Positions 1 through 10,639 of a DNA stretch of 64,000 bases are shown in pieces. The notes under the pieces were generated by a model. It saw only the letters and a program-made list of their open reading frames with translations, searched no databases and was not told where the DNA came from. The stretch's first letter is position 1; every line of letters begins with the position of its first letter. The stretch is from the NCBI GenBank assembly GCA_009926935.1, contig RFNZ01000004.1, positions 21,104 through 85,103 of the forward strand, in the 5' to 3' direction. The position numbers were made by a program, and so were the translations under genes. Source of the DNA: Pseudomonadota bacterium. Its GTDB lineage: Bacteria; Pseudomonadota; Alphaproteobacteria; Micavibrionales; UBA1664.

Positions 1-1078
1 CGATCATATCGGCCAGTTTTTTTGAACTCTGGTCTGAGTAGGCTGCCTCATCCTCCTCGCTGTCTGTTGTATAAGCGTATTGGGCGTTGGAAGGCGGAGC
101 ACCTCTGGCATCCTCAAAAATGGGCGGTGGGGGCGGAATAGGCACGGAACCGGATTTGGTAGAAGCTTCCTGTATCTGAGTCCCGCGCGTTGCAAGCGTC
201 GCAAAACCTTCATCAAGCAACTTCACCATGTGGTCATTGCGCGAGCGCCATGTTTGTCCGCCAAAGACGACACCTACGAGTCTGCGCCCATTCTGTTTTG
301 CAGAAGCGACAAGGTTAAAGCCGGATGCATTGATGTAACCGGTTTTTATACCGTCAAGACCACGATACTCACCCAGAAGGCGATTATGGTTGTGATGATT
401 GCGACCATTATACGAGAAATTGCGTATACCAAAATAATGGTACCTGTGCGGAAAATCGCGCAGCAAAGCCATGGCAAGCTTTGCCATGTCGCGCGCGGTT
501 GTAACTTGCTGCGTATCGGGCAGGCCAGATGCGTTGCGAAAAACGGTGCGGGTCATCCCAAGTTCTTTGGCCTTGCGAGTCATGCGGGCAGCAAAGTTAC
601 GTTCCGAGCCTGCGAGTTTTTCGGCAAATGCTGCGGCTACGTCATTGGCTGATTTTGTAACGAGCGCCTTGATGCCGTCTTCGACACGGAGTTTCGACCC
701 GACTGGCAATCCAAGTTTGCTGGGCGACATTTTGGCTGCATGAGATGAAAAAGTAATGCGGTCAGAGAGCGAGAGCGAGCCGCGCTCAATAGCTTCAAAC
801 ACCATATAAAGCGTCATCATTTTTGTGAGCGATGCAGGATGGCGAATCGAATCGGCATAGCGCGCCATCAAAACTTCACCCGTCTGCGCATCGGCAACAA
901 TTGCCGCGTAACGCTTGGTTTCTGTGCTGTTCGCGCTTTTCGTCTTTTTCTTTTTTGCAGCCCACGCATCATCGAATCCTGCGCATACAATAAGAGCGGA
1001 GAGGCATACAAAAGCGATCACACGCAGCCCGGCAAGAAAAACAGAAGCAATTTTTTTTGTGTTGTGTTTTTGAATCAC
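1..1078 (-). CDS. D-alanyl-D-alanine carboxypeptidase (peptidase S11), 3' end runs off the window
   Basis: Manually translated minus-strand frame from GTG at 1078 (not in the ORF track): signal-like N-terminus, HPASLTKMMTLY (SxxK), KSANDVA (SxN), DGIKTGYINASGFNL (KTG). Confidence 0.9.
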   Translation of the reverse strand, partial: MIQKHNTKKIASVFLAGLRVIAFVCLSALIVCAGFDDAWAAKKKKTKSANSTETKRYAAIVADAQTGEVLMARYADSIRHPASLTKMMTLYMVFEAIERGSLSLSDRITFSSHAAKMSPSKLGLPVGSKLRVEDGIKALVTKSANDVAAAFAEKLAGSERNFAARMTRKAKELGMTRTVFRNASGLPDTQQVTTARDMAKLAMALLRDFPHRYHYFGIRNFSYNGRNHHNHNRLLGEYRGLDGIKTGYINASGFNLVASAKQNGRRLVGVVFGGQTWRSRNDHMVKLLDEGFATLATRGTQIQEASTKSGSVPIPPPPPIFEDARGAPPSNAQYAYTTDSEEDEAAYSDQSSKKLADMI

Positions 1079-1209
1079 GATTTTCTTCTAGGCTTGGGTT
1101 TTTGGGATGTTGCAAGGAGATGTGTCTAACATCAGTGTAAAATTTTCCAAACAGATTTGTCTATCTTTTCAATAGCCTCTCGACTCCGGAATACATTTAG
1201 GTATCATTG

Positions 1210-1251
1210 TTGACTGTGATAGGAATTTATCCTATTTTGTGCACTGCAACA
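1210..1251 (+). promoter_or_regulatory. Putative sigma70 promoter with downstream PhaR-like operator
   Basis: TTGACT(1210-1215)-N17-TATTTT(1233-1238); palindrome ATAGGA-N5-TCCTAT (1219-1235); TGCACTGCAACA (1240-1251) contains the TGC-N3-GCA core of alphaproteobacterial PhaR sites; a phasin lies two genes downstream. Confidence 0.5.
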
Positions 1252-1264
1252 TTGGGGGTTTACC

Positions 1265-1510
1265 ATGATTGAACTTCAAACTGTGTCCATCCAGGCACTT
1301 GAAGGTATGAAAGCGGCTCCAGCCGCAGCCAAGCCAGCGAAGAAAAAGCCGGCTAAAAAAGCTGCTGCTAAAAAAGCTGCTAAAAAAGTAGCTAAAAAGC
1401 CAGCCAAAAAAGCTGCTAAGAAAGCTGCTAAAAAAGTAGCCAAGAAGCCGGCTAAGAAAGCTGCTAAAAAAGTAGCTAAGAAGCCAGCTAAAAAGGCGAA
1501 AAAGAAGTAA
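1265..1510 (+). CDS. Histone H1-like Lys/Ala/Pro-rich basic protein
   Basis: 81 aa, mostly AKKPAKKAAKKV repeats; GGGGG purine run upstream of the ATG. Confidence 0.8.
   Translation: MIELQTVSIQALEGMKAAPAAAKPAKKKPAKKAAAKKAAKKVAKKPAKKAAKKAAKKVAKKPAKKAAKKVAKKPAKKAKKK
1330..1507 (+). repeat. Degenerate coding tandem repeat (KKVAKKPAKKAA x3 plus partial units)
   Basis: Recurrent gctaaaaaag/gctaagaaag units in frame with the AKKP protein. Confidence 0.8.
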
Positions 1511-1513
1511 TTA

Positions 1514-1549
1514 TAGCGGCGCTGAAGGCCTCAATCTCCAGCGCCGTTA
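1514..1549 (+). terminator. Stem-loop after the histone-like gene (no U-tract)
   Basis: tagcggcgctg...cagcgccgtta pairs over 11 bp including one G-U. Confidence 0.45.
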
Positions 1550-1610
1550 AACCACCAGCCTGCGTAGTTTAAGAGTTGTTGGATTTAACGTGTCAAAGGA
1601 GAGTGATGAT

Positions 1611-2021
1611 ATGTCTAAAGCAAACGCAAATCAGTCCTACAGCATGGATAAGTATGCTGAGAACTGCATGAAACAAATGGAAGACATGATGTCGATGGGC
1701 AAACAGTCCAGCGACGCATGGATGAAATGTAGCTCCGTCCTTGCAAAAGGGATGGAAGACATGATGAAAACCTGCATGAGCAAAGCTCAGGTATCGAGCG
1801 AGAAAAACGCTACGGCCTGGAAATCGTTGATGGCCTGCAAGACCATTAACGAGGTTGCTGAAGCCCAAAGCCGCCTGGCGCAGGATTGCTTCGAGGAAGC
1901 CATGTCCGCATCTGCTCAGATGTCGGAAATGACTGTCAAAGTCGCCATGGAGTGCTTCGAACCGATCAATAAGCAAATGTCTGAAGCGATGAAACGCGCC
2001 CAGGACAGTATCGCCGCCTAA
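1611..2021 (+). CDS. phaP: Phasin (PHA granule-associated protein)
   Basis: SD aaggagag before ATG 1611; amphipathic helical protein with Phasin_2-like segment KSLMACKTINEVAEAQSRLAQDCFE...FEPIN. Confidence 0.8.
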   Translation: MSKANANQSYSMDKYAENCMKQMEDMMSMGKQSSDAWMKCSSVLAKGMEDMMKTCMSKAQVSSEKNATAWKSLMACKTINEVAEAQSRLAQDCFEEAMSASAQMSEMTVKVAMECFEPINKQMSEAMKRAQDSIAA

Positions 2022-2040
2022 TCAAGGTTGTGATTTTCCC

Positions 2041-2067
2041 AAAAAGCCCGCCTAAAGCGGGCTTTTT
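2041..2067 (+). terminator. Intrinsic terminator
   Basis: AAAAAGCCCGC-CTAAA-GCGGGCTTTTT. Confidence 0.9.
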
Positions 2068-2133
2068 CTTGTTCAGAAAAGCCCTGTTTTGCTTGCGAAC
2101 ACATAAAGCGACTATTAAAAAGGCAGCGGCTAA

Positions 2134-3375
<1,242 letters not shown>

Positions 3376-3378
3376 AAC

Positions 3379-3406
3379 AAAAAAGCCGCCGAAAGGCGGC
3401 TTTTTT
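3379..3406. terminator. Bidirectional intrinsic terminator
   Basis: AAAAAAGCCGCC-GAAA-GGCGGCTTTTTT between convergent genes. Confidence 0.95.
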
Positions 3407-3407
3407 A

Positions 3408-3770
3408 TCAGCTTCGGCGTGGCCTAGGCAGACGCCTATCGGGCGCAGGTAAAGCCCTTGTTTGTACTGGCGTTACGTCTCGTGCATTTAAGGGGGCCAG
3501 ATGACGGCGTTTCATGGCTTCTATGAGGGCAGGGTGGCTGGACAAGCGCTGCACAACCTCGGCTAAGTTATCACCGACAACGACAAGATCATCCCCATTC
3601 AACGGGTCATGCGCCTGCGCCCACTCTTGCAACAACGGCCTAAGAGTATCCTGCTGTAGCTGAACCGTAGCATCGCGTGTGGCATCGGGCAGGTATTCTT
3701 TTTTTGTGCCGACCTCTCCAAAATCCGGGCGATAGACAACAGGCATCAGGTAAATAAGCGCCAGCATCAT
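3408..3770 (-). CDS. Hypothetical protein
   Basis: 120-aa ORF ending at the terminator; no recognised motif; start uncertain. Confidence 0.5.
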   Translation of the reverse strand: MMLALIYLMPVVYRPDFGEVGTKKEYLPDATRDATVQLQQDTLRPLLQEWAQAHDPLNGDDLVVVGDNLAEVVQRLSSHPALIEAMKRRHLAPLNARDVTPVQTRALPAPDRRLPRPRRS

Positions 3771-3800
3771 TTCAGGAAAAACTTGTCTGAATGGCGGATT

Positions 3801-4388
3801 TTACGACAGATCAGGCATATTTAACATACAGTGCACAAACTGTGAGTCACGACCTTCCCCAACGCGCACGCGTACAGTCCTTCCAACACTGTGCAAGACC
3901 TTATCAATCATGGCGCCTTTTAGACTACGGTCTGAACCGGGCTGTAAACGGATACCTACAACAAAATCCGGGCGCTCCGATTTTTCCGGATAGTATTTAA
4001 GCGCGTTTTGGACCTGCGCGTTGGTATGGGGCCCTATGAAGCTTTGCAGAAAACCTGTCATGCGCGAAACCGCATTGCTACCGAGCCCGTCCAATGAGTA
4101 GGTCGTGATGGCAAGGTTGTCTTCGATTTTCAAATGAGGTTCCGGAAGGGAGATACCAGCTTTACTGCACATCTCATGGAACTTCTCGTCTTTTTTAGAA
4201 TCCCAGAAATCCCATATGGCATCGTGCGTAATGACCGTATGCAGTATGGTGAGTTTGTTCTCGCCCCTATCGATCCAGTAGAAATCAGGTACTCGCGAAT
4301 ATCCGCGCTGATCGAAAACTCCAAGATCGCCCTGTTTGGCGCCAATGGCAATTTGGCTATTTCCCCAAGGGATAATGTCGTGCGGCAT
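3801..4388 (-). CDS. Hypothetical protein
   Basis: 195-aa ORF filling the gap downstream of ispA, AT-rich upstream region, no recognised motif. Confidence 0.6.
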   Translation of the reverse strand: MPHDIIPWGNSQIAIGAKQGDLGVFDQRGYSRVPDFYWIDRGENKLTILHTVITHDAIWDFWDSKKDEKFHEMCSKAGISLPEPHLKIEDNLAITTYSLDGLGSNAVSRMTGFLQSFIGPHTNAQVQNALKYYPEKSERPDFVVGIRLQPGSDRSLKGAMIDKVLHSVGRTVRVRVGEGRDSQFVHCMLNMPDLS

Positions 4389-4540
4389 ATCTAATCCTTT
4401 TTCGTAATCTAAAAGCCTTCTTCAACCGCAAGCAAGAAAAAACTAAAACACCTTTCGAAAAAGCACGCCGCCAAATCGGCTCACAACAAGGCATCCAGAG
4501 GATATCTGCTAGAAAAGTGTATATTCAGACGGAGATTATA

Positions 4541-5452
4541 TTACGCCCGGCGCTCAAGCACATAACGTGCAAATGCGCGCAGGATATCGGCGCGATTATC
4601 AAAGACATGTAGATGGCGGACAGCCTGCGCAACAAGCATTTCGGCGCGCATTTTTGCCTGCTCGGCCCCAAGCGTGGTTACGAAGGTGGATTTGCCTGCG
4701 GCCTCGTCCTTGCCTTTGGACTTACCGGTCTCTTTAGGGTCGCCTTCAACATCGAGGATGTCATCCGTGACCTGAAACGCAAGGCCAAGGTCAAAGGCAT
4801 AGTTACGCAAAGCTTTTTTGCGCGTTTCATCCGCGCGGCCAAGCACGGCGCCTGCTTCACACGCAAAGGCCATCAGCATGCCTGTTTTCATGCGGTGCAG
4901 GCGGCTGATCTGCCCAACGTCAAAACTTTCCTTCTCGCCGATGAGGTCAAGCATCTGGCCGCCCACCATGCCGTGCATACCTGCGGCTTTGGCAAGTAAG
5001 GTCGTAAGCTCACAGCGTACGTAGGGGTCAACAGCCGTTTCAGGCTCCGCAATAACTTCAAAGGCCAATGTAAGCAGGGCATCGCCCGCGAGGATCGCCG
5101 TTGCCTCATCATATTTTTTATGAAGGGAAGGGATCCCGCGGCGCAGATCAGCATCATCCATTGCCGGTAAATCGTCGTGCGCAAGGCTGTAGCAGTGAAT
5201 AAATTCGAGGGCGGCGGCCACACGTTTGGCACGCATCACATCAACGCCAAAAAGCTTGGCGGATTCAATCACCAGAAACGGCCTGATACGTTTGCCGCCT
5301 TCAAGAGTAGCGTAGCGCATAGCCTCAACCAACTTGTTTTCCGGTGTATCGTTCAGCGGCAACATCGTTTCGATGGTTGTTTTGATGCCTGAGGCGGTTT
5401 CTGCCAAAGCTTCCTGCAATTCGGGTGATGAGGCGGCGCGTGGTGAAGGCAT
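4541..5452 (-). CDS. ispA: Farnesyl-diphosphate synthase / geranyltranstransferase
   Basis: GGKRIRP, YSLAHDDLPAMDDADLRRG (first DDxxD), FQVTDDILD (second); adjacent to xseB. Confidence 0.95.
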   Translation of the reverse strand: MPSPRAASSPELQEALAETASGIKTTIETMLPLNDTPENKLVEAMRYATLEGGKRIRPFLVIESAKLFGVDVMRAKRVAAALEFIHCYSLAHDDLPAMDDADLRRGIPSLHKKYDEATAILAGDALLTLAFEVIAEPETAVDPYVRCELTTLLAKAAGMHGMVGGQMLDLIGEKESFDVGQISRLHRMKTGMLMAFACEAGAVLGRADETRKKALRNYAFDLGLAFQVTDDILDVEGDPKETGKSKGKDEAAGKSTFVTTLGAEQAKMRAEMLVAQAVRHLHVFDNRADILRAFARYVLERRA

Positions 5453-5466
5453 AGCTAACCTGACTT

Positions 5467-5718
5467 CTATTGATCGGGGTTGAAGGGCGTTGTACCGGCG
5501 GGAGTTCCATCGGCGGAGAGATTGATTTTTTCGACCCTCAGCCGCGCATCTTTAAGGCGGGCTTCGCAGTGCTGCTTCAGGACCATTCCGCGCTCGTAGG
5601 CGGCGATAGAGTCCTCAAGCGGGGTCTGGCCGGCCTCAAGGGCGCGCACGATGCCTTCCAGCTCGGAAAGCGCGGCCTCAAAGGTCATTTTCCCAATGTT
5701 TTCAGCAGCTTTGGTCAT
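5467..5718 (-). CDS. xseB: Exodeoxyribonuclease VII small subunit
   Basis: TFEAALSELEGIVRALEAGQTPLEDSIAAYERGMVL; start set at MTKAAE. Confidence 0.93.
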   Translation of the reverse strand: MTKAAENIGKMTFEAALSELEGIVRALEAGQTPLEDSIAAYERGMVLKQHCEARLKDARLRVEKINLSADGTPAGTTPFNPDQ

Positions 5719-5788
5719 AGGGCCCAAAGCCTAGCCTTTTGCGCATGTCAGGGCAAGGAATAAGAGTAGACGGGGTTTAAATGTGACG

Positions 5789-6463
5789 TCACGCGACGCG
5801 GGGCCGATCACCACTTGCGGGGGTTAGCGCCTGGCCGTAAAACCGCTCGGCCACTTTCGGCACAATAAGGCGAAACGTATCAAGATCGCGCAGCCTGTCT
5901 GCAACATCCTGACCCATGATATGCCCGCCAGAGGCGATCGCAGCGCCGTCAATCATCAGGTTGTCATGCATGTCAAAAGGCTCGAGAGATGTTTTGTTTG
6001 CGGTCTCCCGCCAGAACCCATGCTCGTCCTGCATAATCTGATGATTGAAATACCCTTGGAGTCTTTCAAAAAACAGCTTTGAAACATTACTGTAAACAAA
6101 AAGCGGCTTGCCAAGGGCCCTCATAAAGCCGATCTCAAAAGCCGTGCCCACATCTAGGCTAGGGCCATGCCAAGGTGTTGCATTGGCAATGATCGTATCG
6201 GCGCCGCGCATAATTTCCTCGTTTTTACGTGAAATTTCCATGCCCGCGCCATGAGGTGTAAAAGCAGACAGATCGACATCACCATCAAAAGGGAAGATTC
6301 CAAGCAATCCGTACTCCGCACAGATACGCTTCTTTGCAAGGCCAATCGCAAAGGCATCAGGCAGAAAGACTTCAGGGCCTGCAAGATAAACGCGGGGAGG
6401 TGCGGCGCGGCCCTTTTTCTGGGCATTGGCAGTAGCAAGCCTGAGCAGGTCGTCGTTGGTCAT
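5789..6463 (-). CDS. Nucleoside 2-deoxyribosyltransferase / N-glycosidase family protein
   Basis: VYLAGPEVF, ADTIIAN, DVGTAFEIGFMRALGKP. Confidence 0.85.
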   Translation of the reverse strand: MTNDDLLRLATANAQKKGRAAPPRVYLAGPEVFLPDAFAIGLAKKRICAEYGLLGIFPFDGDVDLSAFTPHGAGMEISRKNEEIMRGADTIIANATPWHGPSLDVGTAFEIGFMRALGKPLFVYSNVSKLFFERLQGYFNHQIMQDEHGFWRETANKTSLEPFDMHDNLMIDGAAIASGGHIMGQDVADRLRDLDTFRLIVPKVAERFYGQALTPASGDRPRVA

Positions 6464-6635
6464 CGGTATCTCCCCTTACACATGACAACTAGCAAAAGGA
6501 AAATCGCGACTCAAGGGCAAGTATTTCTTGAGAATTACCACGCTTCAGACGCCGTTTTGGAGCCTCTTCAAACTTGACGCAACAAACACGGATGTTAACG
6601 ATGGCGTCTAGTTTAACGGAAATGAAAGCCCCGAA

Positions 6636-7619
6636 GTGAAAAAAGCGCTGATATTTGGAATAACAGGCCAAGACGGATCTTATCTTGCGGAGTTATTGCT
6701 GGCAAAGGGCTACGCGGTAAGCGGCGTAACACGCCGCACCTCCGTAAACAACCGTGTAAGGCTTGCAGGCATAGCTGACAGAATCACATTGCACGAGGGC
6801 GATCTGACGGATTCAGGAAGTATCTGGAGAGCGTTATCGGCCACACAGCCGAATGAGGTCTACAACCTCGCAGCACAAAGCCATGTGCACACAAGTTTTG
6901 TGCAGCCAGAGTATACGGGCAGTGTAAACGCACTTGGCCCCGTGCGCATTCTGGAGGCCATCCGCACGCTGGATGTGGGGATAAAGTTCTATCAGGCATC
7001 AACCTCAGAGCTTTTTGGACAGGGCACGGATGACGGCAAGGCACTCAACGAAGACGCACCCATGAAGCCGGCAAGCCCTTACGGCGCGGCCAAGCTTTAT
7101 GCGTACTCGATGGTCAGGCTTTATCGTGAGGCTTATGGCCTTTTCGCCTGCAATGGCATCCTTTTTAACCACGAGAGCTCAAGGCGGGGTGGTGATTTTG
7201 TAACGCTCAAAATTGCGGCCTTTGCAAAGTCGCTTAAAGAGGGCTCCTGGGATGGAAAGCCCCTTAAGCTGGGAAATCTTGAAGCGCGCCGCGATTGGGG
7301 CCACGCCCGCGACTACGTAGAAGGCATGTGGCGCATGCTGCAAAACGAATCGGCATCCGACTATGTGCTGGCAACGGGCAGGGCACTGAGCGTGCGGGAG
7401 TTTGCGGATAAGGCCCTCGCAAAAGCAGGCATAGTGCCCGTATGGTCAGAAAATGGCGCGGTTGATTCTAAAGGCAGAGTTTTGATAACCGTCGATCCAG
7501 CACTTTTCAGGCCGGTGGATGTCCAGTGCCTTTTGGGCGATAGCAGCCGCGCACAAAAACAGCTTGGTTGGAAACCAAGCTGCACAATAGAAGATCTAGT
7601 GGAGGAGATGATCGCTTAA
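6636..7619 (+). CDS. gmd: GDP-mannose 4,6-dehydratase
   Basis: GITGQDGSYLAELLL, YNLAAQSHV, YQASTSE, PYGAAK, RDWGHARDYV. Confidence 0.95.
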   Translation: MKKALIFGITGQDGSYLAELLLAKGYAVSGVTRRTSVNNRVRLAGIADRITLHEGDLTDSGSIWRALSATQPNEVYNLAAQSHVHTSFVQPEYTGSVNALGPVRILEAIRTLDVGIKFYQASTSELFGQGTDDGKALNEDAPMKPASPYGAAKLYAYSMVRLYREAYGLFACNGILFNHESSRRGGDFVTLKIAAFAKSLKEGSWDGKPLKLGNLEARRDWGHARDYVEGMWRMLQNESASDYVLATGRALSVREFADKALAKAGIVPVWSENGAVDSKGRVLITVDPALFRPVDVQCLLGDSSRAQKQLGWKPSCTIEDLVEEMIA

Positions 7620-7839
7620 GCAGCTTGTCTAATGACTATAACAGGCGTCATTGCAAATCCGCTCGCGCTTTGAACCGAAGGAAGTTGTTCAAAAAGGACA
7701 ACAGTTTCATTAGATGTATTGGGAGCTTTGGCTGTTTTTTTCGCTCCTGATGATTTGGACATTTTTTTACTCCCAGACGTGAAAATATTTTAAAATTATG
7801 TAATCTGATGAAATTCTAGCATGACCGGAAAATACTGCA

Positions 7840-8787
7840 ATGCACAATTTTGAGGGAAAGAAGGTCTGGGTAGCAGGGTCGCGGGGCATGGTTGGCGCGG
7901 CGCTTGTCCAGAGGCTTATGCAGGAGAGCGCACGGATCGTGCAGGATCCGCCAAGGCAGGTACTGGATCTGCGCCGTCAGGCGGATGTCGAGGGATGGAT
8001 GGAGAGCAGCAGGCCGGATGTCGTATTTGTAGCGGCAGCGCGTGTTGGCGGTATCCTTGATAACGCCAATCATCCGGCAGACTTTATTGCGGATAACTTA
8101 CAAATCGAAACCAATATCATCACGACCGCCGCAAAACTTGGCGTAAGCCAGCTCGTTTTTCTGGGGTCCTCCTGCATCTATCCAAAACACGCACCCCAGC
8201 CACTGAAAGAGGAATACCTGCTCACCGGCCCGCTTGAGGAGACGAACAGGGCCTACGCCATGGCAAAGCTCGCGGGTATTGAGCTTGTAAACGCCTATCG
8301 TAAACAGCATGACTGCAATTTTATGAGCGTGCTGCCCTGTAACCTCTACGGCCCCGGTGATACTTACGATATCCAGAATTCACACGTCATCCCGGCACTT
8401 ATGATGCGCCTGAAAGAAGCGATCGAGAGCAAGTCTGCCGAGTTTAAAGTCTGGGGTACAGGCAAGCCGCGCCGCGAGTTCATGCATGTCAATGACTGTG
8501 CAGATGCGATCATACACGCAGCAAAAAATATCGCGAATGAATTGGTAAATATCGGCACGGGCGAAGATATCAGCATCGCTGATCTTGTGGCTATACTGAC
8601 TGAAATCGCGGGCTACAAAGGGCAGATAGTTTTTGATACATCAAAACCAGATGGCACGCCCAGAAAGCTTCTCGACATCAGCCGCCTACAGGCATCAACC
8701 TGGGGGCCTCAAATCTCGCTCAAGCAGGGGCTCGAGCTTACTTGGCAGGCTTTTTCTGATCAGCCTTCACAGCGTCGTCGGGCGTAG
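7840..8787 (+). CDS. fcl: GDP-L-fucose synthase
   Basis: GSRGMVG, AAARVGGI, LGSSCIYPK, YAMAK, PCNLYGP, DGTPRK. Confidence 0.95.
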   Translation: MHNFEGKKVWVAGSRGMVGAALVQRLMQESARIVQDPPRQVLDLRRQADVEGWMESSRPDVVFVAAARVGGILDNANHPADFIADNLQIETNIITTAAKLGVSQLVFLGSSCIYPKHAPQPLKEEYLLTGPLEETNRAYAMAKLAGIELVNAYRKQHDCNFMSVLPCNLYGPGDTYDIQNSHVIPALMMRLKEAIESKSAEFKVWGTGKPRREFMHVNDCADAIIHAAKNIANELVNIGTGEDISIADLVAILTEIAGYKGQIVFDTSKPDGTPRKLLDISRLQASTWGPQISLKQGLELTWQAFSDQPSQRRRA

Positions 8788-9592
8788 CTTTTTTGCCTTC
8801 CATGCTCTCGGCACCGCTCTTGTTACCGCCGCGGTTGTAATCAAGCTGCGCGCGATTGAGCTGAAAACCGAGAGTAATCGTATATTGCGGGCCTAAAGCC
8901 ATGTTATCGAGCGGGATGGTCTGTGTAATTTTCTCGGCATGGTCGAGGTCATCGATATTCGGCTTGAACCGCATGGCGGTCGCCATGATTTTCTTATCAA
9001 TCATCTTGCCGTCAGGCGCCATGATGGCCACAAAGTAGGGGAAGGTCATGAACGCTTCGAGATCGCGGCGCCCGTCATAACGGCCTTTATCGGTGATCTT
9101 GCCCTGCATCACCATGTCGATATCGACTACGACCGAGTTAGCGGTGTAGTCGCAGCCGCCTTTGATATCGATCAGCTGCGCGCGCGCAACCAGCGCACCC
9201 GTGGGCTTACCCATTGGGTCATCGAAATAGGTAATCGATTTTGTATCCGGCAGGACTTCAACGCCCGGGCAGTCCTTTGGGGCACCCGCAGGGGCGGGCG
9301 CAGCATCCGCACGCGGTGCTGGGTTTTCAGACGGGTCCATATCAGCGACAGGCGGTGGCGGTACATCCTTTGGCTCGACATACACATCCGAAATTTTTTC
9401 CTCGCCCATAAGTGCGGCCATCTCGCGGGCTTCCTTATCGCTCGCGGAAATAGGAGCAGGCGCTGGCGCCGAGGCAGGAGTTGGAGTGGCCGCAGCCTTT
9501 TTGGCAGGCGTATCGGCGGAATCCCAGAGAGAAGAGCATCCCCCCAAAGCCAAAATGGAAACACTGGCAGCAAGAAGAACGTATGTGCGCAT
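8738..9592 (-). CDS. Lipoprotein of unknown function
   Basis: Lipobox LGGC at the end of a signal peptide, Pro/Ala-rich linker, globular domain with CPGV and GGCDY. Confidence 0.75.
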   Translation of the reverse strand: MRTYVLLAASVSILALGGCSSLWDSADTPAKKAAATPTPASAPAPAPISASDKEAREMAALMGEEKISDVYVEPKDVPPPPVADMDPSENPAPRADAAPAPAGAPKDCPGVEVLPDTKSITYFDDPMGKPTGALVARAQLIDIKGGCDYTANSVVVDIDMVMQGKITDKGRYDGRRDLEAFMTFPYFVAIMAPDGKMIDKKIMATAMRFKPNIDDLDHAEKITQTIPLDNMALGPQYTITLGFQLNRAQLDYNRGGNKSGAESMEGKKATPDDAVKADQKKPAK

Positions 9593-9674
9593 GACCTAAA
9601 CCCTTCACGAATGGAAAAAGTACCGGACAGAATCATCCGTGGCATTTTCTGAAAGTGTGCCTTATCTTGCGCCC

Positions 9675-10631
9675 ATGGACAAGACGGACCTCAAGATACT
9701 CTTAGCAGCCCCTCGCGGATTTTGTGCGGGGGTCGATCGTGCCATACAAATCGTCGAGAAAGCCTTGGCGCAATTCGGCGCTCCGGTTTATGTCCGTCAT
9801 GAAATTGTTCATAATAAATATGTTGTGGATGGGCTACGCAACAAAGGCGCTGTCTTTGTGGAAGAACTTTCAGAGATACCCGAATCGCACGCCGATCGCC
9901 CGGTCATTTTCTCGGCCCACGGGGTCGCAAAGGCCGTGCATGAGGAGGCGCAGCACAGAAACATGTTTGCGATCGACGCAACCTGCCCGCTGGTAACCAA
10001 GGTCCATAACGAAGCCCAGCGCCACGCAAAAGAGGGCAGGCAGGTGATACTGGTCGGCCACGAGGGACATCCAGAAGTATTCGGCACAATGGGCCAACTG
10101 CCGGAGGGCATGGTGCTTCTGGTGGAAAATGTAAATGACGTCGAGGGTCTGACTGTTCAGGACCCAGAAAAACTCGCTTACGCAACACAGACCACCCTTT
10201 CGGTTGATGATACGGCGCAGGTAGTTGAGGCGTTGAAGCGCAAATTCCCAAAGATCATGGGCCCTGGTCGCGAGGATATCTGCTACGCCACCACAAACCG
10301 TCAGGAATCGGTAAAAGCCATCGCAGAAAAAATCGATTGCCTGCTGGTGATCGGCGCACCCAACTCATCCAACTCTAACCGCCTCGTTGAAGTGGCGCTC
10401 AATTACGGCTGCCCCAAGGCCACTCTCATCCAGCGCGCGACCGACATTGATTGGGCGTGGGTAGGTGCTGCAAAGACGGTGGGGCTCACGGCAGGCGCCT
10501 CGGCCCCGGAAGTTCTGGTGGATGAAGTAGTCGATGCCTTTAGGGGCCGATACAACGTGACGGTCGAAATAGTAACAATCCGTGAGGAAAACGTAACCTT
10601 CCGCCTTCCCCGAAGCCTTGAAGCCGCATAA
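9675..10631 (+). CDS. ispH: 4-hydroxy-3-methylbut-2-enyl diphosphate reductase
   Basis: [47 protein letters not shown]. Confidence 0.97.
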   Translation: MDKTDLKILLAAPRGFCAGVDRAIQIVEKALAQFGAPVYVRHEIVHNKYVVDGLRNKGAVFVEELSEIPESHADRPVIFSAHGVAKAVHEEAQHRNMFAIDATCPLVTKVHNEAQRHAKEGRQVILVGHEGHPEVFGTMGQLPEGMVLLVENVNDVEGLTVQDPEKLAYATQTTLSVDDTAQVVEALKRKFPKIMGPGREDICYATTNRQESVKAIAEKIDCLLVIGAPNSSNSNRLVEVALNYGCPKATLIQRATDIDWAWVGAAKTVGLTAGASAPEVLVDEVVDAFRGRYNVTVEIVTIREENVTFRLPRSLEAA

Positions 10632-10639
10632 AAAGGTTC

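Noticed and set aside
80-743. Plus-strand ORFs 80-652 and 471-743
   Set aside because: Antisense shadows of the D,D-carboxypeptidase, whose SxxK, SxN and KTG motifs are on the minus strand.
1330-1507. CRISPR array or non-coding VNTR
   Set aside because: Units are degenerate at third codon positions, have no spacers and are in frame with a Lys/Ala/Pro protein.
6636-8787. gmd-fcl as a novel polysaccharide island
   Set aside because: An ordinary GDP-fucose pair with no accompanying transferase, transport or mobility genes in the window.
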